Source: Carcharhinus longimanus (lineage: Eukaryota). Taken from it: a DNA stretch of 64,000 nucleotides. Below the pieces are notes generated by a model that saw nothing but the letters and a program-made list of their open reading frames with translations, was not told the origin of the DNA and did no database searches. Position numbers and translations under genes: made by a program. The stretch covers positions 141,930,722 through 141,994,721 of the forward strand of contig JASCQW010000001.1 of NCBI GenBank assembly GCA_030264375.1. Reading direction: 5' to 3'. Of the stretch, positions 12,211 through 23,625 are shown piece by piece (position 1 is the stretch's first letter; every line of letters begins with the position of its first letter).

Positions 12211-12264
12211 ATTGGATAGAGTGTCACTCAAACAGATTACTTTGTCCTGGATCCTATTTGATTT

Positions 12265-12522
12265 GGCACGGAGGCACAGTGGTTAGCGCTGCTACCTCAC
12301 TGAGCCAGGGACCCCGGTTTGATTCCCGGCTTGGGCACTGTCTGTGTGGAGTCTGCACATTCTCCCTGTGTCTGTGTGGGTTTCCTGTCACAATCCAAAA
12401 GATGTGCTGGTTTGGTGCATTGGCCATGCTAAATTCTCCTTCAGTGCGCCTGAAAAGGTGCCGGACCATGGTGACTAGATTACTTTTCACAGTAATTTCA
12501 TTGCAATGTAATAAACTTAAAC
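12265..12522 (+). mobile_element. V-SINE with tRNA head and alternative (non-CR1) tail
   Basis: A-box-like ggcacagtggtt, B-box-like ggtttgattcc, V core tgtgtggagtctgcacattctccctgtgtc, tail ttttcacagtaatttcattgcaatgtaataaac. Confidence 0.8.
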
Positions 12523-12623
12523 TTTAAAATTTTCTCTTTGCTTCCCACGTTGCTCTTCCCATTTCCCCCTACCACTTTGTTCATAACAGCTGAATAAATG
12601 AGAAAAGTATGAGTATTTAACAA

Positions 12624-12820
12624 AGGCCAAAATTTTCCAACCATTCCTATTGGAAGGTTTTTTCAATCCTACTGATGGCAATCTCCCGTAGCCCTGATGA
12701 TGGAGGGTGCAGGACATGCTAAACCTTGCAGACGTCGGCGGGGCAAGAAGATCCCATTCCTGGCCAATGGGAGACCGTCTCCGGAAAATACGCGATGGGA
12801 GAGCCAAAAAAATCCCAACA
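12624..12820 (-). mobile_element. MITE, same family as 37857-38051 in opposite orientation
   Basis: Reverse complement (gggatttttttggctctcccatcgcgtattttccgg...cattggccaggaatgggatcttcttgccccgccgacgtc) aligns with 37857-37950. Confidence 0.55.
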
Positions 12821-15800
12821 AGGCATTGGTGTTGTAGTTTCAACTTGGCTTCACAGGACCTATAGACAATAATGGGGCAATTAGGTGGAGCTAGCAGGCA
12901 GAAATACTTGGAAATTTCACAAGCAAGAAGCTTACATCTGTATGAGCATGCTAATACAATTTAAACCATTTAATAGAAATTCTGAATTAATGATATTCAA
13001 ATGAGAGATTTTTACATTATTAAAGTATTCTCATATTCTTTGGGGGCCTGGAGGAAAATACTTGGTGATGACTTTAATGATACAATTTGAAATTATTCAG
13101 TCAGCCAGGGTGAATCATGGCAAATGAACACCTGTTTAGGAGCTTGTCACTGGAAATTAGTTTGTGGGAAAAATCTCCTTGCAAGATCCCATATCAATAA
13201 CAATCCCAGCAGGAATTAAGGAATCATCATGGAAAGTAATGGGAAGGAAAAATAAAACCCAATCAATTATAATTATGTAAATAATCAAGAAAAAGAAATG
13301 AAAGAGAGAGAATGACATAAAATGTAGCTTGTATTCCATGCAAATATTATAAATGTATCTTGAGAGGTCAGGCAATGATTTTGGCTTGGAAGAACAAACA
13401 AAATTACGTAAAATTTTATGTAAATAGTGATTATTATTGTAAATTAACTCATTTGGCTAGTGTTATAACCTTGTTGTGACTACTAGCATTTTGTTTAAAG
13501 TACAGAAAGTTTGAAATCCTAGTTACCCACTAAGAGAATAAAGTCACAAGATTCTGCAGTTTTAAACAAAAGTAAAATAATATGCAATATCTATATATTC
13601 TTGACATTTTGAATGGCCATGAGGTAAATGTGACTTAACATACTGTCAGATGCACTGCATATTGTCTTGGTAACTACCATTTAAATTCTACAGATTTCCA
13701 AGCAACCCACCCAGACATCAATGACCACTTCAGAATCACAAAATCTTGATAAAACTCTGCCTCCCTCATGACAAATTTGAACTGCTCATTTTCAAAGACC
13801 TAGCCTCTGAATTCCCTCAAGCTACTCCAACACGGACTGCTTCAATGACTTTTCATTTCCTGATGCAGCAATGTCTCCTGGGCCTGTGCTCCACTTGATT
13901 CACAGAGTTACACTCTGACCTCTAATTGCTGGTGCAACTCCAACTCTTCCACATACTTAGCTTCACTAAGCTGACACTGCCCTCTCCGAGCTCCAGCTTC
14001 CTGACTGCACCAATCTATAAATGGCTCCCAGAGCTTCTCTGAGCCACAATTGCCTGGCATAGTACCAGTGACTTTCCATCAGCTTGTCATGGCTTCAGTG
14101 AGCCCTAACTGCCTGGAGCCTGCTAACAGTCCTTAGGGCTTCTCTGCGAACTGCAAACCACACAAGGTCTAAACTGTAAGTAATCTCCTTTCCTAGCAAA
14201 CATGGAGAAACCAGAGCGGCTTCTTTGACGCCACATAGCATTTCAGGGTTCACTGAATGCTTTTAAACTATTTTAACTCTTAACTCCCAAGACAATACAT
14301 GGCTCTGGATTGCAGCCAGTTAAGATAACATGTCTCCAGCTTTCTAACTAAGTAAACTTTTTTTTTAGGATCTTTCTTTTCTAGTTGTTAACCCTTTAAG
14401 TTAACATGGATCCAACCTTTTAAGTGTCATAGATTGCTGCTTTAGTTGCATGTATCCCATTTCTATAGTTAAATTTTAACCTTCCAGAACTAAACATTAC
14501 CTCTAAAGTATTAACATAAATCACGAACTAGATCTTTGTAATACTAGAAACTCACTCGTTTTAACCTAAATGGCATTGTGTTTGATTTTACTTTCCATGA
14601 AGTCAGAAGATGGAGTGTAGAACAGGCAACCAATCAAATCCTATCAGCTTGCTACTGAGTGAGTTAAGTTAAAATTACTCCAATATTACAGCTATATTTA
14701 TAGCTTTCATTTTCAGTGAGGTGTGCAGTATTTTTATAGTGTGTCAATCAGGCAATTCATTACTTCAGCAAATTTGCTGCGTGACTGAAATGGGTGAAAT
14801 ACTTACATGTTTACACTGTAGTGGAACTGCAGTAACATCAAAAACAGCAGCTCCCAAATTACCTGCAAGCATTGCCAAGGGACACTGAAAATACACAATA
14901 AAGGTTCTTGCCATTAATTTCTGCAGAGTTTCTTCCAATCATCTGCTTTAACTTTGCCAAAGGATTCCAGGGAACCCCAGAGAAATAACAGAAATGGCAC
15001 CTGGTGGGCTACATTTCAATATTCACAAACTCCTATCCTCCAGAAATTCTTGGTATTTCAAATCCCTTGAGTGTACTGTAGAAGAAAATTGATAGTGAAA
15101 AGCTCTGAAACTGCAAAGTAAAACGGACTCTTGCATCTAGCTTGTAGGGAGTACTTTACCTAAGAATTATTTTTGGTTGTAATGACCTTTTAATAAACAT
15201 ATTTACAGGTACAGTACCTCAACTCCACTGTCCAAAAACTGGAGTTAACTGAAAGCTGGACTCTTCTATAATCTTCCGTAAATCAACTTTAATTGAGTAA
15301 ATTTAAAAACAAAGTTTATCTGGACAATTTGGCTAGGCCCTGCATTGGTGTTGTTTGGCGCCTGACTAATTATCTGCTTGGCGCTCTATGCCATGTCCCA
15401 AGTGACCCTTGACCCTACCTAGCCTGGCTTGACTCAAACTGCATACAGCTTGAAGTATCTGACCTGAAATCCAGCAATATCGGAAATTTGGTGCAACCTC
15501 AATATCAAGGTTGCTGGGTTGAGGTAATGGACCTGTACCAGTATTTGTGGCACTACTCTTAAATGTGGTTGTGACTAAATTCAGATGTGTGCTAAAGGGA
15601 ATCCATCCACCTGCAAATGTACAAATATCAGGGAAAAGATGCATAGGAATAGTACAAAAATACAGAGTTCATTTTGTTAGAGAGCAACTGACACGTAGCA
15701 GCAACACAAAGCTGCCATTGGCTGCTATTCTTTTATACAAAGAGTAGGAGAGACAATGAGATAATCAGGAAGCGTGGGATTAAAATGCTGGAAACCCTCC

Positions 15801-16536
15801 AAGGTTTGGTAACATCTGGGCGAACAATGGTTAGTTTTTCGCGTCGATGATTTTTGATATGTGGCATTCACAATTGATCAGTATTGATTTGAAACACTTG
15901 AGAAGGAAGAGGTCTCAAGTTTCATGTGCAAATGATGAATAATTGGGGCTCAAAATGTGGCCACAAGTTTGATTGCATCTGTTGTGTAACTGTCAGGTGA
16001 AAGTTGGGTAGAACCTGGTTCCCTGTGATGAGGAAACCAAGGAATTCTGATTGGGATGGGGAGATAATGTAGATATTCTGTCTGCTTCCCCATCTCATGT
16101 TGTTGTCTCTGGAGGAGCTCCTGGGCCAACTTAGAAACTTCTACTCAGTATTCTACTGTTAGGCCAATGGAGCATATCTGTAGGAGGCTGTGGGGGACAA
16201 ATCTTGTGCCTTATTGGCTTCCTGCACCATTCAATTTAGACAGAGAGCCATTTCAACATTTGGGGCATGGCCTCTCACAGATGCAAATCACCTCATCATG
16301 TTCATGATCCCCCACCTCTGCAAATTGGGATGGTTCAGTTTACCTGGAAGTCAGTGGGCTTAGGAGTCACTCCACCATACTTGTAGAGCTGGGCCTTCAG
16401 AATTGTGACCACTTAGAGTAAGCAAGGATGCTATCACTCCTGGTTTCAGCACAGTGAGAATGCAGCGTAATTTTGGTCATGCTGGATAACTTGTAAAAAG
16501 ATTGAAAAGCAATAATTATGCAAAGTGTTTTCCAAT

Positions 16537-16636
16537 NNNNNNNNNNNNNNNNNNNNNNNNNNNNNNNNNNNNNNNNNNNNNNNNNNNNNNNNNNNNNNNN
16601 NNNNNNNNNNNNNNNNNNNNNNNNNNNNNNNNNNNN
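16537..16636. other. Assembly gap (100 N); other gaps at 1054-1062, 5600-5609, 25263-25362, 38220-38319, 58956-59055, 60823-60884
   Basis: Runs of N. Confidence 0.99.
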
Positions 16637-18374
16637 TTTGTCAGCTGCTTCTGTTTATATGGTCAAATTTTCTTCCTAGCAGCCATTAGTCATTAGGATG
16701 TTATCCGGCTTGGCATGTACACCAGTCACAGGGAATTCCAGAAATGGTCAATAATTTAAAACTTTGGCATCTGCTGTGAGTACTGAAGTTGAGAGAAGAT
16801 AATGTGCCCAGAAAGTCAGCTGTTACTCATGTTTACATTTTACCTGCTACCAATGACATAGACTGGAAAACACGCAGATGCGATCATCAGAGTAGGTACT
16901 GACTGTTACAAAGCTCGTGGTGAAATAGACAACTGCTACTTAATTTCACATGAAAAATGATGAGTTTGGTTAAAGAAGAGGATGACAGGCGACATGTATA
17001 TCTGTACTCCCAACAATAGGCAGCACTTAAAGCTGTAGGTGAAACAAAATATGTTTTGAAATTAAATGTCCCCGATGCCTTTTTTTCATAAGAAAAGGTG
17101 TTGACGGACCCTAAATTCCTTGGTGACACTGTGGTTGAGTTGGAAAATTTATGCTGTTCACCAGCAGAGGGAGTTACACACAAGTTTCTTTGGGTAAGTT
17201 AATTTAAATATTTTGGTTGCAGCTTTGGTGTAATAAATGCAGTAACGTGTGAGTTTCTGATTTCATGCCACCCTACACCTCTTGCTATCAACCAGGAAAC
17301 TGCTGAGCAACAGCATAATCTTTAACAGCGTGCTTTTTGCTTGTTTTGGTGCCATCTATGTCCACTAGACACCACACCAGCAGGCACAGCTCTTATACAT
17401 TGCACAAGACAGGAAATGCACAGCCTTAGACCTCTTCTTCCTTAAGGTGGGCATCATCATCAGTTGTGCTGACTGCAGAGAGCTATTACTGGCACTGCTT
17501 CTCAGCTCTCTCTCTCACTTAGCACTGATTGACAATGCAGAAAAAAATGAAAGCAGGAGCAGTAAAGTTATCCTGTCACCAAACAGTCCCTTTTCTCAAA
17601 CCATTACATTCTGTATTTCTGAATGACTCCTTATACACATGCTCATCAGCTTTTATTAAAATAGTGTTAAAATTCACCCTCCATTCTATGTCTCTTCCCC
17701 CTCCTCCCAAGTCTTTACCCTTATGTTATTAAATACACATCCTCCTGCACCTCCATGCAAAGTCTCTATTTTTAAAAGGGATACTATCTTTGGTGGTGTG
17801 CAGAGTTTGTTTTGGGGTTGCTTCGGATCTGTTGACTCAACTTATTTTGTCAGAGTGGTCACTTCTTGTTTCCTTTACTAATGATTCTGCAGGTGTGACG
17901 TCCTGCTGAAGATTCGAGTAGGCAGTCCACCTCATTAATGGTTTCCCATTCATTGAAATCAAGGCATTCCTGTTTCTTCAGATGATACTTGGTTCTGTCT
18001 GAACCAGGTACCATCTTGGTTGTTGTAACTTCTCCATTGAGGTCCCATCTTACTGCTGGTCACTAATCCCACACTATCTCTCTCTTTCAAGAAATGGAAA
18101 GTTATTAGCCTTGTATTATTGGTTGAAAGTGCAGGCTTGACCTGCTCTGTAACTTTATTCCTATTGTCATGACCATAGTTTACTCCCATGATGTTTGGTA
18201 AACATGCAGAATAGAAAAGGCAGTTGTGTCCTTCGCCTCAGTTTACATGGAATGAAACCAGTCTGCAACAGTACAGAGTGATAACTGAGCAGTGCTAGCT
18301 CAGCGTCTTCATTTTTTTCTGAGGAGATCTTTAATGATATGTACCACTCTCTCAGCTTCTCCGTTTGCAGCACT

Positions 18375-18500
18375 GTGGGTGGACTGACACCACAGGGACA
18401 GGAGTAATTTAAGAAGGTGGCTTACCACCTTCTGATGGGCAAATAAGGATGGCCTACAAATACTAGCCTTGCCACTGATGTCCACATCCTATATACAGGA
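18375..18500 (+). mobile_element. LINE 3' tail fragment (same family as 4155-4452)
   Basis: aagaaggtggcttaccaccttct...gggcaaataaggatggcctacaaatactagccttgccactgatgtccacatcc. Confidence 0.6.
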
Positions 18501-18841
18501 AACATCTGCTCTCTGATGCCTCTGGCAGTGATGAGTGAGAATGTATGTGGTTTTCATGAAAAATATGCTGATAGCCCATCCTATTGGCATATATCAATGG
18601 TTGATTGGTGGTTCCCTCATTGCTATGTGCATGCTTCTGTGAGAGCTTACAGCCTGTGGAATTTACCTATCATGTAGAGGTCTGAGGCTCTGTACCTCTG
18701 GTGCCTGGGGAGGAGCTACGGTAGAAGTTCTTCAACTTCCCAGTGAAAGTGGGCATCTGTCACCTTTAGGATACCCAGTCTAGTTAAGTTGCACCAATCC
18801 CCTGTGTCAGCTTGGACAGAAACAACTCAGTCAAACATGAG

Positions 18842-18926
18842 ATAAAAACAGAAGATGCTGGAAAAATTCAGGAGGTCTGGCAGCATCTGAAAAACTGAGT
18901 TAACATTTTGAGTCCAATATGAGTCT
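18842..18926 (-). mobile_element. 85-bp Penelope-like tail (family A) with exact 15-bp TSD
   Basis: tcagtcaaacatgag at 18827-18841 and 18927-18941; insert homologous to the arms of 21271-21509. Confidence 0.8.
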
Positions 18927-19781
18927 TCAGTCAAACATGAGGGCTGTTGGCTACTTTAATGGCAACAGAGGAGATGTTAGTGGAGCAAGTGTGCGAATTG
19001 TTGTGATGAAGTTGAAGATGTCCAACATCATCCTTCAAGTGATATAGCCACCAGATACTTCTTGGAGAAGTCTTCTTCGGATCTGTATGGCTTGTACACG
19101 AGTGACATCTGGAGAGTTGCTATCCAAAGTCATGTTGCCTGATTTTCAGCACGGTTGCAGGTCCAAGCAGAGAAGAACAGGTGCATATCAAGTTTTGTGA
19201 ATTGATTTGAAGTTATCTTCAATGGCACTATGGCTATATGATTAAAGATTGATAATTCCTTTTTTGACATGAGGTTGGTGAGCATTCCAGACTTTGTGGC
19301 TGATTTTGTTGGTGCTTTTCACAAAACCACTTTCACCTGCACTCGACAGATGACTGGCGTATTGTTCTGACACTCTGGCAAGTTCATTCACTTCTTTTCA
19401 GACATTCAAAGAGACAGATGCTCAGGATGTAGCATATATTTCCCTCTCTCATCCCCCTTCCCCTCTGTCTCGGGTGTGTAGATATGATGTATTTGTCATC
19501 AGTCAATCTGAAGATTTACTTGTGTTCGCCCAGATGGGTTGTATTACTTTCAAAAAAAAATTCTTCTTACAGCTTAAACATCACCTTCAAAGAATGTCAG
19601 GTTCCTAGGGTCAGCTTACAACTCCTAGGTTCTCACATGCTGATGGATTCTCCATGTTTTTGAAAAGGATGATCAACTAAACTGATTTTCAGGGGAACCT
19701 GGTTATCAATTTAAACCTCAATACATAGTGGCTTAAGTGATTTTACACACTACACTGTCCTTAAGTCTGGGATTCAAATTT

Positions 19782-20061
19782 AAATGTAACTTTATTTATT
19801 GGTGAGACAATGTAACGGTTGGAGTGAGGAGTTCACAACAAGAACCTTAATTGTGGTCAGTGGAAAGATGCCATCAGACCAACTGAGTTTCTCCAGCATT
19901 TTCTGTTTCTGTTTTGGAATCCAGCATCCACGGTATTTTGCTTTTACATTGACAAGAACTCCTGCTCACCTGACGAAGGGGCAGCGCTCTGAAAGCTAAT
20001 GGCTTTTGCTACGAAATAAACCTGTTGGACTTTAACCTGGCGTTGTGACACTTCTTACTGT
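19782..20061 (+). mobile_element. Composite Penelope-like insert: unknown ~80 bp, family A tail (~19865-19947), family B hammerhead tail (~19953-20061)
   Basis: Segments match 21438-21508 and 88-195 respectively; attcaaattt repeated at 19772-19781 and 20062-20071. Confidence 0.65.
19966..20002 (+). ncRNA. Minimal type-I hammerhead ribozyme motif, core intact
   Basis: tcac CTGACGA a ggggc-agc-gctct GAAA gc TA atgg: both conserved boxes, 5-bp stem II with two G-U pairs, palindromic AGCU helix III, stem I with one mismatch. Confidence 0.7.
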
Positions 20062-20194
20062 ATTCAAATTTGAAACCCTATTGACAGGTTGAAAGTTGCT
20101 TTTCTCTTTGTGGATATATATTTGAAGTGTGCCTGAACAATGTCAATTTATTTTCTTGTGATATTGGTTCACAGTACAAAGTTGCTCCTAATTT

Positions 20195-20510
20195 AGAATC
20201 ATAGAATTCTTACAGTACAGAGAAGGAGGCCATTTCACCCATCGAGCCTGCACCCACAAAGGCCCTATCCCTGTAACCCCACACATTTACCCTGCTAATC
20301 CCCTGACACTAACAGACAATTTAACACGGCCAATCCACCTAATCCGTGCATCTTTGGACTGTGGGAGGAAATTGGGGCACCTGGAGGAAACCCATACAGA
20401 CACGGGAGAACATGCAAATTCCACACAGACAGTGACCCAAGCCATGAATTGAACCCGGGTCTCTGGCGCTGTGAGCCAGCAGTGCTAACTATTGTGCCAC
20501 TGTGCAGCCC
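20195..20510 (-). mobile_element. Near full-length HE1-type V-SINE
   Basis: Minus strand: gtggcacaatagttagcactgctggctcacagcgccagagacccgggttcaattc, V core, and gaattctatgattcta tail. Confidence 0.88.
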
Positions 20511-21270
20511 CATTGGCTAGAACTGACTCGACTTCTGGCTCAAATTTTGGTTACACTGCCTCATTCCTTTAGGAACATTTGATGACTTCAAGGAAGTTGG
20601 AAAAGTTTTAGTAGTTTGGTACTGCACCATAATGAGAGTAAAAATTCACCAAAACAGCAATATTGCATGAAAAACAACCACAAAAATACTCTGATGGATA
20701 TACTTTTGCAGATTATATTTATTTTTGTAGGTTAGTCTGACATTATGATTTCAATGTTATCCTTGGAATAGAAAATAGTTCTTGAAACTTGACTAATGTG
20801 CTATAAAATTACAATTCAAAAATAATAAAATAATGAGTTATGAAGTACTAAGAACGAGATAAAGCTGTACAATCTTGAAAATCTTTTTAAGTTGTGTTTT
20901 ATGACATTTCCGAAAACTAGCATACACATCCTTGCACATAGATGGATGTGCAGAGTAATTAAGTGAGATCAATGTTCTATTCTTGCTTGTTGCCAGTTGC
21001 AAAAATGAGGCTATTATTTGCGCTGTAATTTGAATAAGGAACAAAAATGAATGTGCGGTAGGGCAAAGTGATTTAAAGATTGACTGTAATCATACAAGTG
21101 ATGATGACTAAAGCCCCCATATTTTTTTCAAACTTATTGAGGACTCGTGCATTTTGGGGGATGTATTTTTTAATAAGATTTATACATCATGTTATATCCA
21201 GATATACGTAAAGAATTCAATCAAAGCCAAATCAACTGCCTTTCAGGCCAATAGTTTCCCACATTTTAAA

Positions 21271-21509
21271 CAAAAACAGCAAATGTTGGAAAATCTTAGC
21301 AGATCTGACAGCATCTGTGGAGAGAGAATAGAGCCAACATTTCAAATCTGGATGACCCTTCATCAGAGCCTGTGTATCAGAGCCTTGGCTTTGATGAAGA
21401 ATCATCCAGACTCAATGTTGACTCCATTTTCTCTCCACAGATGCTGTCAAACCTGCTGAGATTTTCCAGAATTTTCAGTTCCCAGCATCCACAGTTTTTT
21501 GCTTTTATC
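21271..21509. mobile_element. Palindromic (head-to-head) Penelope-like element, family A, with near-perfect 13-bp TSD
   Basis: Arms ~21271-21370 and ~21387-21480 are reverse complements; cccacattttaaa (21258-21270) vs cccatattttaaa (21510-21522). Confidence 0.8.
21331..21370 (-). ncRNA. Minimal hammerhead motif (family A, left arm)
   Basis: Minus strand ggct CTGATGA a gggtc-atcca-gattt GAAA tg TT ggct; GAAATGTT is the expected CpG-decayed form of palindromic GAAACGTT. Confidence 0.6.
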
Positions 21510-23554
21510 CCATATTTTAAAGTTACTTGACTTGCTTTTTTAAGAGTATTGGTGTTAATCAAAGATGAAAATACCAACTGTTATTTGTAGAGTAATGCAA
21601 ATCAAGGAATGCATTTTAATTCAGAGCATGTTTCTAACAGGAAACTGCTATGGTAACCTTATTCTCTGCATGGCAGAGGCAACAATTTTAACTGGCAAAC
21701 CTTATTGAAATACCAAATGCCCATTTCCCATCCTAAATGCATGTAAAGAGGGTGCAGACTAGATGCCAGCAGGTGAAGAATGGATGCCCCTTGGCTACCT
21801 GCCAGTAAGCCGTATTGAAAGGTCTAAAGAGAAGACGGGGGCATGAATCCGTGAGAGAACCTTCTATGTTTACCTGAAGGGTCTCCCTGTCTATAGTTCT
21901 ATCAGGTGGAGGCTATAGGCACCAGTTAAAATGCCATTGAGGTCCAATGAGTGTCACAAGTACCAAATTAGTATTTATGTGTGAAGTTCCTGCCTGATTT
22001 CCGTCTGCAAACTCTTCTGTCACTAAAACCAGCTGGTTAAAATTAGCAGGTACGGTGCAGCAAATGGGAATGGTCAATTTACCTCCTTGCCCACTCCGTT
22101 TGTGCTGAATGGGGAGAGTAATGCCTCCTTCCCATTGATCATTTTCAGCTTGTTCTGAGTAACGAAGGCAGGAGTTTCTATTAATGATACTCCCAGTTTT
22201 TTGAGCATTTGGGAACAATGTGATCTTTTCAAGCAAAAAAAAAACAAACAAAGTGGAGTAAATTTGACACTGAAGGGTTGGTTTGTGTTTCAGGTTGACA
22301 GAGCTGCAAATAATGAAGGCTGCTATGGGCAGACTGAAAGGACGCAGATGGCCAAAGCTGATAAAAAGTAATCAAATTGCTATTGTTTTCTTAGATCAGA
22401 CTCTACTGCCCCTCCAATCTGTCTTGCCCACCTCAGGAACTTAAAACGGAGACTCAGTGAATAATAAACCACAAGAGCTTTCTTTGATAGTTTAAATGGT
22501 TTTGTGGTCAGAAAGACTTGCCAACAAATCACATGGATGAAAATAAGCCTTGTCACAAGTCAAAATGGAAACAAAAGATTTTTTTTAGGAAAAATAAAGT
22601 CTATGTTTCTCATTTTTTATTTTCAAGTGAGGATTAGACCAATATATTAAATGTAGTATTATTATAGAATTTAAGGAAGCATTGGGCCCTTGTTTGGGTA
22701 ATGCAGATTGGTTTCTGTCAAGTGTCAAACCTACAGACTATAACATCAAGGATATTGACAAGAGTAGGACCAGATTCCTTTGGCATCAATATCTAGAATA
22801 GCTTTCTTCCAAGCAAGCTAGTCTTTGCATCTTCCAGCAAAGCGCCTTCTGTAAAGAAGAAGGTTTGCATTGTGCTGAAGAAGACGTGCACGTCACATCA
22901 CTGGACAAAATGTCTCAAAACCAAATGATATGAATCTGAATGCAGCTCAACATTTGTGCATGAGACTAATCCTAAAGAAAATAATGTGCTGAAAGCAGAA
23001 TTCTTTATCCCCAGGGACTGACTACAGTGATTCAATGGAGAGTACATGCCAGTCAGTAATTGAATAGCTTGGTTTTGGGGAATAAAAGCTGGGTATATCA
23101 TCATTCTGTGGTAATTGGCCAGAAACTTGAAACTAAGACATGAAACAGTCTTACCCAATGCTTTACAGAAGCCCTTTCTGTAGCTGAAAAAACACCAAAG
23201 TTAGGCAAAGTCTGTTTATGCTGCAACCTTTTAACCTTTTCGGAGTAGAATCAAAGTGAAATAGGAATTTAGGTTTCTTGTGGCTTTACCATAAGTTACC
23301 AAGTGTGCATGTTATGCACAGTATCAATTTGGGATAAAAAATTATTTTTCTAGATTTTACCAGTTTCATTCAGTATTACGAGGATTTTGGAGAAGGCCAG
23401 ATTGTTTTTTTTTCAACTGCATGGACTTTTTTTTATTGCAAGATGGGGGCTTAAGGTTGATTGTTTAAGAACAATATTAATGGGAAAGAATTAAGAAATG
23501 TCGTTGCTAATAGTTGCCACTAAGCTCGAGTTTTAAAGTCGGTTTCCACGTAAC

Positions 23555-23625
23555 ATGATCTGTACTGAGGAGAAGGCCATTTGGCCCTTTAAGCTTGCTT
23601 GCAATTCACTATGATTCCACATTGA
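23555..23625 (-). mobile_element. Short CR1 3' tail remnant
   Basis: ggagaaggccatttggccctttaagcttgcttgcaattcactatgat. Confidence 0.45.

Noticed and set aside
22873-22902. ctgaaga followed by the palindrome gacgtgcacgtc
   Set aside because: The GAAA box is missing; likely chance.
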